64,000 nucleotides of DNA from an uncultured Akkermansia sp. (GTDB lineage Bacteria > Verrucomicrobiota > Verrucomicrobiia > Verrucomicrobiales > Akkermansiaceae), in assembly GCA_904501915.1 (NCBI GenBank), contig CAJGCV010000001.1, positions 17,280-81,279 on the forward strand, given 5' to 3'. Every line of letters starts with the position of its first letter. Within the stretch, counting starts at the first letter, position 1. A model generated the notes under the pieces. That model was not told where the DNA came from and searched no databases. It saw only the letters and a list, made by a program, of their open reading frames with translations. Position numbers and translations under genes: made by a program. Positions 28,947 to 39,188 of the stretch are shown here, piece by piece.

Positions 28947-30071
28947 TTAAACATTCAGGAGCTTGTCATATATCCTTATCAGCTCCTGATACATAGTATC
29001 CGCAGAAAGAGCCTGACGGCAGCGTTCCCGGTCATATTCCCCCATGGCTATGCTGGTGTGTGCTGATTTTGTAATCTCTAAAACAGCATCCCTTAATGCG
29101 GCTTCATTGTCACAAGGGATAATGTAGCCTGACTTTTCGTTCACGATATACTGCTTTGCTCCACATTCAGTAGTCACAATTGCAGGAATTCCCATCACCC
29201 GTGCTTCCTTGACAATATTGGGGCATGTATCAGCAAGACTAGGATGGACAAGGCACCATGTCTCTGATAATAATCTTTTTATTTCATCTCTTGAAATGCG
29301 TCCAAGAGGGATGATATTTGGCGGTAGGTCTGAATAAGCACCGGGAGATACACCTGCAAGATACAGGGTAATATGACTCAAGTCTGGATGGCTAAAAGCA
29401 TTGATTGCACAAGGAATATTTTTTACAGGGCTATTCGTGCCTGCCAACAGACATGTAGGGTGCTCTGCCATCTTTCTTTCTTCATGGAAGAAAGGTTCAT
29501 TGGCGGCATACTCCCACAACATGGTGTCAACTTCCGGTGCTAATTCCTTGGCTCTTTCCACGCCCCATTCAGATTCTGCTGTAATGCAGGAAAAATAGGG
29601 TAATGTCTTCTTTTCTAATTTTGCCTGTCTGATTTGGAAGGGGGGCATTATTGCCCGTTGTGCGTATGCTGTAAGCATCCCCTGCATGGAAAGGATTTTG
29701 GGCATTGCCAGTTTCCTCGTTGCCCATGCATAACACCCTTCCGTTCCCCAGGCGTGGAGTAAGTCGGGTGTTAATTTCTTTAATAAACATTTAATACGCA
29801 GGGAGTCGAGAAAATATCCTGTGCATTGAGCCATCATTCTGCTTCCGCATGGAATGAAATGGAAGTGCTGCCCGCTTATTTGAATATGTTGAGGTTTCTC
29901 TATACCTCTAATTAAGCTTATCCAGTGTATTTCATATGGAATTGACTCCTTCGAGAAACGCTCATAGAGAGAAACTAGCCAGACGGCATAATGTCCACTA
30001 CTGGATGGTATTTTATCCGATATCAACCATGCAGGAAAATCTGCAAGAATGGCTATTTTCTTTTTTTTCAT
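28947..30071 (-). CDS. Glycosyltransferase family 4 (GT-B)
   Basis: PDLLHAWGTE, KNI, HPSLADTCPNIVKEARVMGIP, SGYII. Confidence 0.88.
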   Translation of the reverse strand: MKKKKIAILADFPAWLISDKIPSSSGHYAVWLVSLYERFSKESIPYEIHWISLIRGIEKPQHIQISGQHFHFIPCGSRMMAQCTGYFLDSLRIKCLLKKLTPDLLHAWGTEGCYAWATRKLAMPKILSMQGMLTAYAQRAIMPPFQIRQAKLEKKTLPYFSCITAESEWGVERAKELAPEVDTMLWEYAANEPFFHEERKMAEHPTCLLAGTNSPVKNIPCAINAFSHPDLSHITLYLAGVSPGAYSDLPPNIIPLGRISRDEIKRLLSETWCLVHPSLADTCPNIVKEARVMGIPAIVTTECGAKQYIVNEKSGYIIPCDNEAALRDAVLEITKSAHTSIAMGEYDRERCRQALSADTMYQELIRIYDKLLNV

Positions 30072-30077
30072 ATCAAC

Positions 30078-30118
30078 AAAGAAAAGGGCGCCCCAATGAC
30101 GTACATCGGAGCGCCCTT
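30078..30118 (-). terminator. Intrinsic terminator of argG
   Basis: Minus-strand stem AAGGGCGCTCCGATG/CATTGGGGCGCCCTT followed by TTCTTT. Confidence 0.8.
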
Positions 30119-30130
30119 GATTTTTTTGAA

Positions 30131-31417
30131 TTATTTATTATTCACCCGGGCGAATTGCTTGAGGCGCAGTCCGTTGAGGTGGATGAAGCCGCTGGCGTCG
30201 TCCTGGTTGTAGTCCTCCTCGGTGTAGTCGGCTTCCATGGTGGCCATGGCGTAGCTGTAGAGGCTGTTCGGGCTGCGGCGGCCGGCGTACATCACGTTGC
30301 CCTTGTAGAGCTTGAGGCGCACTTCACCGTTGACGGTTTCCTGGGTCTTGGATACGAGAGCCTGGATAGCCTCACGCTCGGGAGCGAACCAGAAGCCGTT
30401 GTATACCATGGCGGCGTAATCAGGGATGAGGGAGTCACGCACCTTCTGAGCTTCGCGATCCATGGTGATGGTTTCGATATCGCGGTGAGCAGCCAGCAGG
30501 ATAGTGCCGCCGGGGGTCTCGTAGATACCGCGGCTCTTCATGCCTACGAAGCGGTTTTCCACGATGTCAACACGACCGATACCGTGCTTGCCACCCAGGG
30601 CGTTGAGCACGAGCATGATGCCCAGCGGGTCGAGCAGGGTGTAGCCGTCTTTTTCACCAATGGCGGTAGTGCCCACCTGTGCCATGATATCGGCAAGACC
30701 CTCGGTCTGCAGACCGATGATGTTGCCCTTCTCAAAGAGGCACTGCAGGTACTGGGGAGTATCGGGAGCATCCTCAGGAGCGGTGGAGAGCACATACATG
30801 CCGCGGTCTTCCTCCTTGGTGGCATCGTACCAGGTATCTTCGAGGATGCCGGCTTCGTAGGAGATGTGCAGGAGGTTGCGATCCATGGAGTACGGCTTCT
30901 TCATGCTCTGGCGAATCGGAATGCCATGTTCCTCGGCGTACTTAATCATCTCTGCACGGCCGGGGAACTGGTCACGCCATTCCTTCATGCGCCAGGGAGC
31001 AATTACCTTGAGCTGGGGAGCCAGAGCATTGATGGAAAGCTCGAAACGCACCTGGTCGTTGCCCTTGCCCGTAGCGCCGTGGGCAATGGCATCAGCACCT
31101 TCTGCAATAGCTACATCCACCATGGCCTTGGAGATGCAGGGACGGGCAATGGAGGTACCCAGCAGGTAACGGCCTTCGTACACGGCGTTAGCCTGGAACA
31201 TGGGAAAAATGTAATTGGCGGCAAAATCTGCCTTCAGGTCGCCAATGATGCACTTGGAAGCACCCGTGGCAAGAGCCTTTTCGATAACGCCATCGAGCTC
31301 TTCTGCCTGGCCTACGTCTGCGCAGTAGGCAATAATTTCAGCATTGTACTTTTCCTTGAGCCACACCAGGAGCACAGATGTGTCAAGACCACCGGAGTAT
31401 GCAAGAACGATTTTCAT
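30131..31417 (-). CDS. argG: Argininosuccinate synthase
   Basis: [46 protein letters not shown]. Confidence 0.98.
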   Translation of the reverse strand: MKIVLAYSGGLDTSVLLVWLKEKYNAEIIAYCADVGQAEELDGVIEKALATGASKCIIGDLKADFAANYIFPMFQANAVYEGRYLLGTSIARPCISKAMVDVAIAEGADAIAHGATGKGNDQVRFELSINALAPQLKVIAPWRMKEWRDQFPGRAEMIKYAEEHGIPIRQSMKKPYSMDRNLLHISYEAGILEDTWYDATKEEDRGMYVLSTAPEDAPDTPQYLQCLFEKGNIIGLQTEGLADIMAQVGTTAIGEKDGYTLLDPLGIMLVLNALGGKHGIGRVDIVENRFVGMKSRGIYETPGGTILLAAHRDIETITMDREAQKVRDSLIPDYAAMVYNGFWFAPEREAIQALVSKTQETVNGEVRLKLYKGNVMYAGRRSPNSLYSYAMATMEADYTEEDYNQDDASGFIHLNGLRLKQFARVNNK

Positions 31418-31521
31418 TTTCTCATCACAGCGCGCAGTGGTTGCAACTGCGCACGTGGGCATTATACACCTGCTGGCAAGGTGTTGAAAGCAAAATATGT
31501 GCTATTGACGCAGAATGTCGG

Positions 31522-34500
31522 TTATTTTCCACGGCAGATACGGCGGAGCTTCCAGCCAGCGAGCAGAATGGGCATGAGCCCCATGATGAAAAGGTAGATG
31601 GCATTACGCAAAACCGTGGAGATGGAGTTTTCGTCTGTCTCATGGTCCTGCTGGGCAAAGGGGCGCGCCTGGCGCGGAGAGAGGAAAAATCCGCGGTACT
31701 CGTTAGTTCTACCGTCTTTTCTGGCAGTTTTGACGCCTTCAGTCATGGTGGTCAGCTTGCGGTTCGAGAAATAGAACTCGGCAGGTTGGTCACCAGGTCT
31801 GGGGATTCTTTCATCCTGTTCAATGATAACACGTTCCAGGAACGCTTCATTGTGGCGCATGGCGGCTTTATTGACGCGGCGCAGAATTTCCTTAGCCTCG
31901 TAAACATTGGAAGCCACACCGTTGAAGGCAAGAGCCGCGCGCTGGATAAAGCGCAGTTCATCCAGTGAACCGCTGTCCTTGTATTGTTCGCGCAGCTTGT
32001 TGACTCTCCCGGTTTGCAGTTCCCACAAGTTGTTTGTAGTCTGCACAACAAACAGCATCTCGAACGCATAGCGCAGCGGACAGAACTCCGCCACAAGGGG
32101 GACAGGTTTACTGCTGATGTCGTGTGTTAACTCATCCTGGTAGGCAACACGATGCCGAAGATTAGAAAGACGTTTATCAATGGCTGCGGGGATGATGCCT
32201 TCCGGGATTCGGGGGCTGAACTCATTCATCTCCTCAAAGCGGATAAGAGCGCCGGCCAGCAGAATCTGCGGTACAAGTAACAAGGGGACAATGTTCAGCG
32301 CCGTGCGGTCAGAACGCACAAAAGCAGATACCATGAGCGATAACGCAATGCCGACAAATGCAGTCAGCAACATGACGGCGAAATGCTCCCAGAACATGTA
32401 ATGAATGCCCAGAATAGCATTACCCACCAGCAGGTATAGTGCGCACTGCAGCCCCGCAATGCCGGTCAGGACCAGCACCTTAGCCGTCAGATACCCGGAA
32501 GTGAAAAGCCTGTAATTACTTTCTCGTCTAAGCAGCGGTCTGTCTCTCAGAATTTCGCACGCGGCATCTGTCAGTCCGAAGAACATGGCCAGCACGAGGG
32601 AAAGGAAGAGGTACTCCGGCACATGCAGGGATTTGTAGAACGTATATGGAGTATCGGATGACACCCTCAGCGTGCCGGCAATAAGAGCCGCGAGCACAGG
32701 GCCTTCCAGCAGCATGGCATACAAGCCCAGGCGGCTGCGGACACGCGCCAGCAGAGTACGGCTCACCCACAGCCGGAACAGGCGCCACAGCTCGATGGGA
32801 GAACGGGCTCGAATGCGTGGGATTCTGCGGAACGTTTCCTCCTGTTCCTCCACCACGGGTTCTGTTTTCTTGTGTGAGTAGGAATATTTCTCAAAACGTT
32901 CCTGCCAGATATTCGGGTTTTCCAGCTGTCTGTTGCCCAACATGCGGGCTGGTGCATCCAGAACCTCAAATACATAGTCAGCGCCGCCTGCTGCGATTGC
33001 CTCACGCGGAATTCGCAAGCGCATTTCATGCGCAGCGTTGCGGAAATACTCTACCATTTCCTGAGGACTACCCCAGAATGCCATCTGCCCATGGGTGTCG
33101 AGCACCATGACCTTCTTGAACCGGTTCAGGAGAGTCTGAGCCGGGCGGTGCAGAGTGCAGAGCAGAATGCGCCCGTGTGACATGTCTTCCAGCGTTTCAA
33201 TCACCCGTTCAGCATCACCTGAGGAGAGGCCGCTGATGGGTTCATCAATCAGGAAAACTTCAGAAGTGCCAGTCAGATCCAACCCCAGGTTCAGACGGGT
33301 GCGTTCACCATCTGATATGGTGCGTTCGCCGGCACGACCGACGGAGCGGTCTGCCAGATGACCGATACCTACAAAGTTCAGCACGGTGGAAACACGGCGC
33401 ATGCGGTCGACATGCCCGAGACGGGGGCGTCTGGTAACGGAAGCCTGATACACATGCTCGCCCACGGTCATAGCCTCATCCAGAATATCTTCACGCGGGA
33501 TGAAGGCAATATGCCGGCGCAGATTGACCGAATCAATAGTGAGGCGTTCGTTGTTGTAGGTAATGCTGCCAAATGAGGGTTGCAAATGACCGGCAAGCAT
33601 GGAGAGCAGGGTGCTTTTACCAGAGCCACTGGGACCGAGAATGCATGCCATTTCACCGCGTTTCAGTGAGAAGTCGATATTATCCACCACTCGGCCTGCG
33701 CGCACAAAATCCCGGGTAAGGCCTCGGACCGTAAGAGAGGAAATAAGGTTTGTTTCTTCTTCCAGCACGCCGGATGAAAATCTGCATCGCAGGAATTGTA
33801 CCCCACTTAACGCAATGAGGTCCCCATCATTGAGTGCCATTTCTCCCTTCACCGGGATGTCACCCACCGTAAGACTGTGAGAACTTCCTTCCAACACGCG
33901 TACAGTTCCTGTATTAGAAAGCCGCGAGTATGCCACTTCGAACACAACACCTGGTGCAAGCCCAGGTGTCAGCTTCAATGCATCTGAGCGAGTAAGGTAA
34001 GGAAGATTGGTGACCAGCACTTTGCGCTCTGCTGCATCCAGCTGGAAACTGCTGCCGATTGTTTCCGTATCGGCAAGGTCAACAAACGTAAAGGGTCCCT
34101 GGTCCTGAATATAAAAAGGCTCAAAATAGGAACAAGTATGTTTTTTATCAGCCTGCAAAGAAGCATTTCCTAAAATAAAAGGGACATCTTCCTTCAGGAG
34201 GTCAATTTCCACCTCTGTACCGAATGTGACTCGGGCCACGCAGTTGCGTGGCTTCTGGCGAGTCATGGAGATGCGGTCGCCGATTAACGAAAGGTAGTTA
34301 ACCAGTTTAACACCGGTATTCTGGTATTGCAGCAGGGAAACAATGGTGCGATAACTGAAGAAACACGATTGCAACTCAACAGATTGCCGGGCAGAAAGCG
34401 GCAGGACTCCACCCTTACCCAGTACCTGGCCTCGCACAGATATGGGAGTTTCTGAATCGTTGATGATAAGAAGAAAATTAACGCATCGGATTGCGCGGAA

Positions 34501-35100
34501 TTGGACATCATTTTCCTCAACCGGCAGTTGCACCGTGTTTCTACCGGGTTGCGTTGAAAAATTAATGCTCTCCATCGGGTGCGGAGCTGGTGCTCCGGGT
34601 GTCCGCATGAGATTTTCCAACATGGAGGCAACACCGGGAAGATTCAGCCCGAATGTAACCTCTTCAAATAAGGTGGGAGAGGTCAGATCGCCACCAATAC
34701 GCAACAAAAGCGCGTAAATTTCCAATGCCAGGGATATCCGTTCAGCCTCCGTTCGACCAGATGCAGCCAGGGCCAGCGTAGCGGGCAGGGGATAAGCTGC
34801 TTCATATGCTGTTTTGAATCGTTCTGCAAGCCAGCTGTGCTCCACATTCGGGAAGTCATGGCGCAGGATATCCATAGCGGTATCCAGTTTATCCACACCG
34901 ATATCCACCACCTGGCACATGATGGAGGCAAAAAGGTCTGTGATGATACCAGCATGAGAACGGCGAGTCTCGTCTTTAGCTGCAATGCGGTGCGGGGCCG
35001 TGTTCAGCAGAGATGCCAGAACGCTGCGCCCCCTCAGGATGCGCCGACGGAGCGAGCGGCGCATATAATTGGTATATGTCCTGATTCGCGGCGTTTTCAT
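31522..35100 (-). CDS. Large fused ABC transporter (long N-terminal region, NBD, ABC-2/ABCG-type permease)
   Basis: GPSGSGKST, LIDEP, TLHRP, TM region with PQILLAG; ATGA coupling to upstream gene. Confidence 0.9.
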   Translation of the reverse strand: MKTPRIRTYTNYMRRSLRRRILRGRSVLASLLNTAPHRIAAKDETRRSHAGIITDLFASIMCQVVDIGVDKLDTAMDILRHDFPNVEHSWLAERFKTAYEAAYPLPATLALAASGRTEAERISLALEIYALLLRIGGDLTSPTLFEEVTFGLNLPGVASMLENLMRTPGAPAPHPMESINFSTQPGRNTVQLPVEENDVQFRAIRCVNFLLIINDSETPISVRGQVLGKGGVLPLSARQSVELQSCFFSYRTIVSLLQYQNTGVKLVNYLSLIGDRISMTRQKPRNCVARVTFGTEVEIDLLKEDVPFILGNASLQADKKHTCSYFEPFYIQDQGPFTFVDLADTETIGSSFQLDAAERKVLVTNLPYLTRSDALKLTPGLAPGVVFEVAYSRLSNTGTVRVLEGSSHSLTVGDIPVKGEMALNDGDLIALSGVQFLRCRFSSGVLEEETNLISSLTVRGLTRDFVRAGRVVDNIDFSLKRGEMACILGPSGSGKSTLLSMLAGHLQPSFGSITYNNERLTIDSVNLRRHIAFIPREDILDEAMTVGEHVYQASVTRRPRLGHVDRMRRVSTVLNFVGIGHLADRSVGRAGERTISDGERTRLNLGLDLTGTSEVFLIDEPISGLSSGDAERVIETLEDMSHGRILLCTLHRPAQTLLNRFKKVMVLDTHGQMAFWGSPQEMVEYFRNAAHEMRLRIPREAIAAGGADYVFEVLDAPARMLGNRQLENPNIWQERFEKYSYSHKKTEPVVEEQEETFRRIPRIRARSPIELWRLFRLWVSRTLLARVRSRLGLYAMLLEGPVLAALIAGTLRVSSDTPYTFYKSLHVPEYLFLSLVLAMFFGLTDAACEILRDRPLLRRESNYRLFTSGYLTAKVLVLTGIAGLQCALYLLVGNAILGIHYMFWEHFAVMLLTAFVGIALSLMVSAFVRSDRTALNIVPLLLVPQILLAGALIRFEEMNEFSPRIPEGIIPAAIDKRLSNLRHRVAYQDELTHDISSKPVPLVAEFCPLRYAFEMLFVVQTTNNLWELQTGRVNKLREQYKDSGSLDELRFIQRAALAFNGVASNVYEAKEILRRVNKAAMRHNEAFLERVIIEQDERIPRPGDQPAEFYFSNRKLTTMTEGVKTARKDGRTNEYRGFFLSPRQARPFAQQDHETDENSISTVLRNAIYLFIMGLMPILLAGWKLRRICRGK

Positions 35101-35447
35101 GAGTGGCACGAGTCAGACTTGCCGAATCCGGGGCAGCGTTGTTCCCAGCCCGGGAAGTTCCACTTATGGGGAAAATCCCGGCATTGTTGTGGTTTTACGG
35201 GCTGAATGCGGCATGTATTGTCAGCCTGCAGCATGATGCAGGCACCATCAGGAGCGTCAATCAGGGAGAGACCGCGACGATTCCTCTGCAAATGGCACAA
35301 TTCATTGATAAAAGAGACTTCGTCCATACCGAGATAGGCCGCAATCGCTGTAATGTCTTCATCGGTCAGACACACGTTACCCTCCCAGCGGCAGCATGCA
35401 CCGCAGCGCTGGCAGGAATGAATAATCTGGGGCTTTTCGGTCTCCAT
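35097..35447 (-). CDS. YkgJ family cysteine-cluster protein
   Basis: CQRCGACC...C...CRIQPVKPQQCRDFP. Confidence 0.9.
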   Translation of the reverse strand: METEKPQIIHSCQRCGACCRWEGNVCLTDEDITAIAAYLGMDEVSFINELCHLQRNRRGLSLIDAPDGACIMLQADNTCRIQPVKPQQCRDFPHKWNFPGWEQRCPGFGKSDSCHS

Positions 35448-35448
35448 T

Positions 35449-36072
35449 TTATATTTCCCAAGGTTTACGGACAGATGCTGTAATGTGCGGGGGACGCACA
35501 TAAATGGGTTCCGCCGGGCGGGACGCAGCCGTTGCCTGTTGTTCGGGTGTCATGGCAAGCCAAGTACACACAATGCCCGAGGCCGTTGGATGGAGATTTT
35601 CTTTCCTGGCGCTGGTAATACCGCGGTTGTCCAGCACACCCGCCGCTTCTGTGGTATAGATGGGGTGCGCGAGAGCCTGAACCTGCGCTGTGCTCATGAC
35701 CTCGATTTTGCCGTCCGGGAGACGCACCGTCCACCCACCGCGCCGGGCATCGGCTACGACACAGGCATCTCCATCTGCCAATTGTGCCCAGGATTCAAGC
35801 GCAACAAGTTTCGCGCCGGTCACAGTGGCAATCCCTACACCTGCAGCCAGCGCAACACGTACGCCGCCGTAGCTTCCGGGACCAGCTCCGATGAGGATAT
35901 AATCCGGCTGTTCTCCGTCAGATAGTGCATCCAGCGCTTGCTGGAGCGCGGGGAAAAGGAATGCGTCATGGTTTCGCTCCGCCACCCATGTAGACGTGTA
36001 TATCTCTGCATCATGCCGCCAAAGGGAGACAGATGCTTGTGAAACGGAGGTTTCTATGGCGAGCAGAATCAT
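35449..36072 (-). CDS. tsaB: tRNA threonylcarbamoyladenosine biosynthesis protein TsaB
   Basis: LAIETS, GPGSYGGVRV, DARRG, PIYVRPP. Confidence 0.92.
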   Translation of the reverse strand: MILLAIETSVSQASVSLWRHDAEIYTSTWVAERNHDAFLFPALQQALDALSDGEQPDYILIGAGPGSYGGVRVALAAGVGIATVTGAKLVALESWAQLADGDACVVADARRGGWTVRLPDGKIEVMSTAQVQALAHPIYTTEAAGVLDNRGITSARKENLHPTASGIVCTWLAMTPEQQATAASRPAEPIYVRPPHITASVRKPWEI

Positions 36073-36920
36073 GCCTGAGTCAGTTTAGCAGTCGTCCATT
36101 TACCGCGTGAAATGGTCTTCAGAACACGCAGCCCTGCGGCTTCTGCTGCTGCAAGAGTCTCTTCCGCCTGTGTATTCAGGATGCCCGATATAATCAGAAT
36201 ACCACCGGGCTTCATAGCTTGCAGCAAGCGAGGGAATGCCTTTTGCAACACGGTAGAGAACAGATTGGCCAGCACCACATCTGCCTGTTGCCCCGGAGCA
36301 GGAGTCCATTCAAACACATCCGCCTGGAAGAGATTCAGATTCTCCGCTCCGCCATTGCGTTCGATATTTCGGGCTGCCACTTCTACTGCCACCGGATCAA
36401 AATCGAAACTGATAGCGTGTGCTGCGCCCAGGCGCAACCCGGCAAGCGCCAGAACCCCGGTGCCGCAGCCGATATCAGCAAGCGTCCACGCTCCGGGGCT
36501 GAGAGTACGAACATGGTCACAGAGCATTCGCAGGCATGTGGAGGTGGTCGCGTGGTTACCTGTGCCGAAAGCTCGCTCAGCAGGGAAGGTGAGAATGATG
36601 CGGCGCGGGTATTTTGCCTGCAAATCAGCCAGTATGGAAGCGTCTGCCGATGCTGAAATGACTATTTTATCGCGAATGATGAGAGGCGGAGTGTTTTCCG
36701 GCGCAGTTGCTGCCACCCAGTCGGTTGTGGAGAGTTCTTCTATAGAGCCTCCATAACAGGCTTGCAAAACCAGCGCTTCCTCCATGCTTTCTGTATAAAC
36801 ATCAATGGAGATTCTGCTTGCCTGGAACCCCTCGGATATAACCGCACCCGGTAATTTACCGACGCGTTCCTGCCAGAGCGGTTCAGAATCAACTGCTGCA
36901 TTCTTGTGCCATTGCCACAT
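36069..36920 (-). CDS. prmA: Ribosomal protein L11 methyltransferase
   Basis: AFGTGNHATT, DIGCGTGVLA, LANL, ISGIL. Confidence 0.92.
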   Translation of the reverse strand: MWQWHKNAAVDSEPLWQERVGKLPGAVISEGFQASRISIDVYTESMEEALVLQACYGGSIEELSTTDWVAATAPENTPPLIIRDKIVISASADASILADLQAKYPRRIILTFPAERAFGTGNHATTSTCLRMLCDHVRTLSPGAWTLADIGCGTGVLALAGLRLGAAHAISFDFDPVAVEVAARNIERNGGAENLNLFQADVFEWTPAPGQQADVVLANLFSTVLQKAFPRLLQAMKPGGILIISGILNTQAEETLAAAEAAGLRVLKTISRGKWTTAKLTQA

Positions 36921-36941
36921 AATCAATAATGAAAGAATAAG

Positions 36942-39179
36942 TTACATTTCCAGGAAATCACCAGCCAGAGAGTTCGCAATTTCATACGGCAGGATGAAAA
37001 GCTGACCCGTTTCTACAAGCCGGCCATAGAAGAAAGGCGTGTCACTGTTGTACGAGGCCGGTGCAATTTCGATAGTTCTGGACTCTGGGCGTGTCTTTCG
37101 CGTCATGGATACCAGCGAACGCAGAATGTCCGCATCTGAACCGGTTTCCTGCAGCATTCCCTCGGGGGTATCTGTAATCATGCCGGCCTGTTCATCCTGT
37201 TCAATGACGGTGGATTCGACGTCGGAATAATCGGTTACCTCCAGGTCAATCTTTACACGGAAAGCGGGGTTCTGGAGGGCTGCCAATGCCTCTTCATCGG
37301 CTTCATCCAACCATTGGGAAACCTTAAGGTCCTGCAGACGGCGCAGATAAAAAGCTGCGCGATTGGGGTTAATGCGCGGCGTAATATCTTTTCCGTTGAG
37401 AGTACCGCTCCATGTTTCACTCATATACTCATAATCAAGCACTAAGGGCGCTTTCTGATAATCCAGAGTAATTCTGCGAACCGCAGATACATTAAAATGG
37501 AGGAGATTGCGACTCTTCCAGTTTTCCAGTCTCAGGGAAAGCTTGCGTGTAAACTTCGGGCTGAGCCGGTAAATGGAATTGGCTCCCATTTCCGTGCCAT
37601 ACCAGGTGCGGCGTCCTGTCTCCGGATTAATAATCCGGCTTATCAGATAAGTGCGGGCAGACCGGTCTTTAACCATGGGCAAATCGTGCCCGAAGAGGGT
37701 TGCTCTCACTACGCACGGGCGCGGCATGATGGAGAGAATATAATCAGGCGTATTTAATTTGTATTCTGCCAGCAAGGCGGACATGTCCGCCCCGGGCGCG
37801 GCATCTGCCACCACTTCTTCAACAGGAATCTGGCTCATTCCTTTGAGGAAGTTTGTGATGGTTTCATCTTCGGCCTTCTCGAAGCGTGTCGTGGCGGAGG
37901 CAACCATCCAGTTATCCGGCACCTTACTGTCTTCGTCTCCTGGTATCAGCAGCATGCGCATAGCTCCGCTACCATGAGTTGAGCGCAGAGAAAAACGGGA
38001 GACATCTGCAGCATCCAGTTCCGTGAATTTCATGGAACGGAGGGAGGTCAGCGTCATAGGAATCGCTGAGACAGTAGTCTGCTCACGCGCCATGCGTATC
38101 TGGGCCAGAGCCTTGCCCGGTAACACCGGCAGCTCACATACTGCTTTTATCAGTCTGGCATAGCTGCCCACGTGGCGGATTCTCGGTTCTGCCAGCAGAG
38201 TAAAGACAACAGGCCGGTCATTTATGATTGCGTGGCAGTATTTCTGATCATCTCCATTCTGGGTGAATGTGTCGTATATATTCAGGATATATGATTTATT
38301 CCCCCATTCTCCCTGAAGTGTGATGGTGTACAATGGTTTCTCCGGCAGAGTAACTTCAACGGCATCTTCCACGCGGGTTGCCTTCAGATTCTGGAGGCTC
38401 TGCACCAGTTTGTACACCTGGTCATCATCTGCGCCTGTGATTACAGGAGAAACGATAGTCCAGGGGGATTCTGTGCTGATGCGCTGGATTTTCAAATCGC
38501 CGGCTTCTGAGTCAGGCGAAGAAATGGTAATATGGCGCAGCAGGTCCGGGTCAAAACGGAAAGGATAGGGGTCTCGGAGTGCTTCCAGCCCATCTTTAAA
38601 AATGCTGAGGATATTTCCACTCACCACGTGGATGCGCTTATCGCGTCCGTAGAAATTGGTGCGCAGATAGGTGGTGGGTAACAAGCTCTGACCATCACCT
38701 GCATCCGCCAGCCATGGACTGGAACTGCCGAGCGTATAGCGGGCCACGGTTGTCAGGCTGTCTTTCCCCTGTGGGCGTTTCAGCGTAATGTGGTAGGGCG
38801 AGGTTTCCACGCCGAATTCGCGCATATTGTTGCGCGTAACGTTATTGAGGGGCAGGGTGTCAACCAGTTTAGCCTGAGCGGTGAAAGCGAATACTGCATC
38901 TGCTACTTCCGGAGCCAGTCTGTCCTTGAACGGTCTGACAATCCACCATGTTCCTTGTTCGTCTTTGGCACAGACGATAACATCGTGCAAATCCTGGATG
39001 CGCATCCAGCAGACTTCCTTAAGCTGGCTGAGATTTTCTTTTGAGAATAAGGGCATGCCCGGCTCAAAGCGATACCAGCCGGTAACGCGCGCGAGGTTGC
39101 CGTCGATGGCAAGAAACGTGGCCAGAGTTACGGCACCTGCCGCAAGCAGAGACAGCAAGATGGTGGGAAGAATTCTCAT
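36942..39179 (-). CDS. DUF4340-like membrane-anchored protein of the Gld-like ABC operon
   Basis: N-terminal TM anchor, repeated W-x-I-x-x-P segments, position after GldG-like gene. Confidence 0.7.
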   Translation of the reverse strand: MRILPTILLSLLAAGAVTLATFLAIDGNLARVTGWYRFEPGMPLFSKENLSQLKEVCWMRIQDLHDVIVCAKDEQGTWWIVRPFKDRLAPEVADAVFAFTAQAKLVDTLPLNNVTRNNMREFGVETSPYHITLKRPQGKDSLTTVARYTLGSSSPWLADAGDGQSLLPTTYLRTNFYGRDKRIHVVSGNILSIFKDGLEALRDPYPFRFDPDLLRHITISSPDSEAGDLKIQRISTESPWTIVSPVITGADDDQVYKLVQSLQNLKATRVEDAVEVTLPEKPLYTITLQGEWGNKSYILNIYDTFTQNGDDQKYCHAIINDRPVVFTLLAEPRIRHVGSYARLIKAVCELPVLPGKALAQIRMAREQTTVSAIPMTLTSLRSMKFTELDAADVSRFSLRSTHGSGAMRMLLIPGDEDSKVPDNWMVASATTRFEKAEDETITNFLKGMSQIPVEEVVADAAPGADMSALLAEYKLNTPDYILSIMPRPCVVRATLFGHDLPMVKDRSARTYLISRIINPETGRRTWYGTEMGANSIYRLSPKFTRKLSLRLENWKSRNLLHFNVSAVRRITLDYQKAPLVLDYEYMSETWSGTLNGKDITPRINPNRAAFYLRRLQDLKVSQWLDEADEEALAALQNPAFRVKIDLEVTDYSDVESTVIEQDEQAGMITDTPEGMLQETGSDADILRSLVSMTRKTRPESRTIEIAPASYNSDTPFFYGRLVETGQLFILPYEIANSLAGDFLEM

Positions 39180-39188
39180 GTAAAGAAA

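Noticed and set aside
29936..31597. 553-aa plus-strand ORF, and similar long antisense ORFs at 16578-17762, 50038-51288 and 60478-61977
   Set aside because: Antisense shadows of strongly codon-biased genes (argG, aminotransferase, FKBP, gatB); no recognisable motifs
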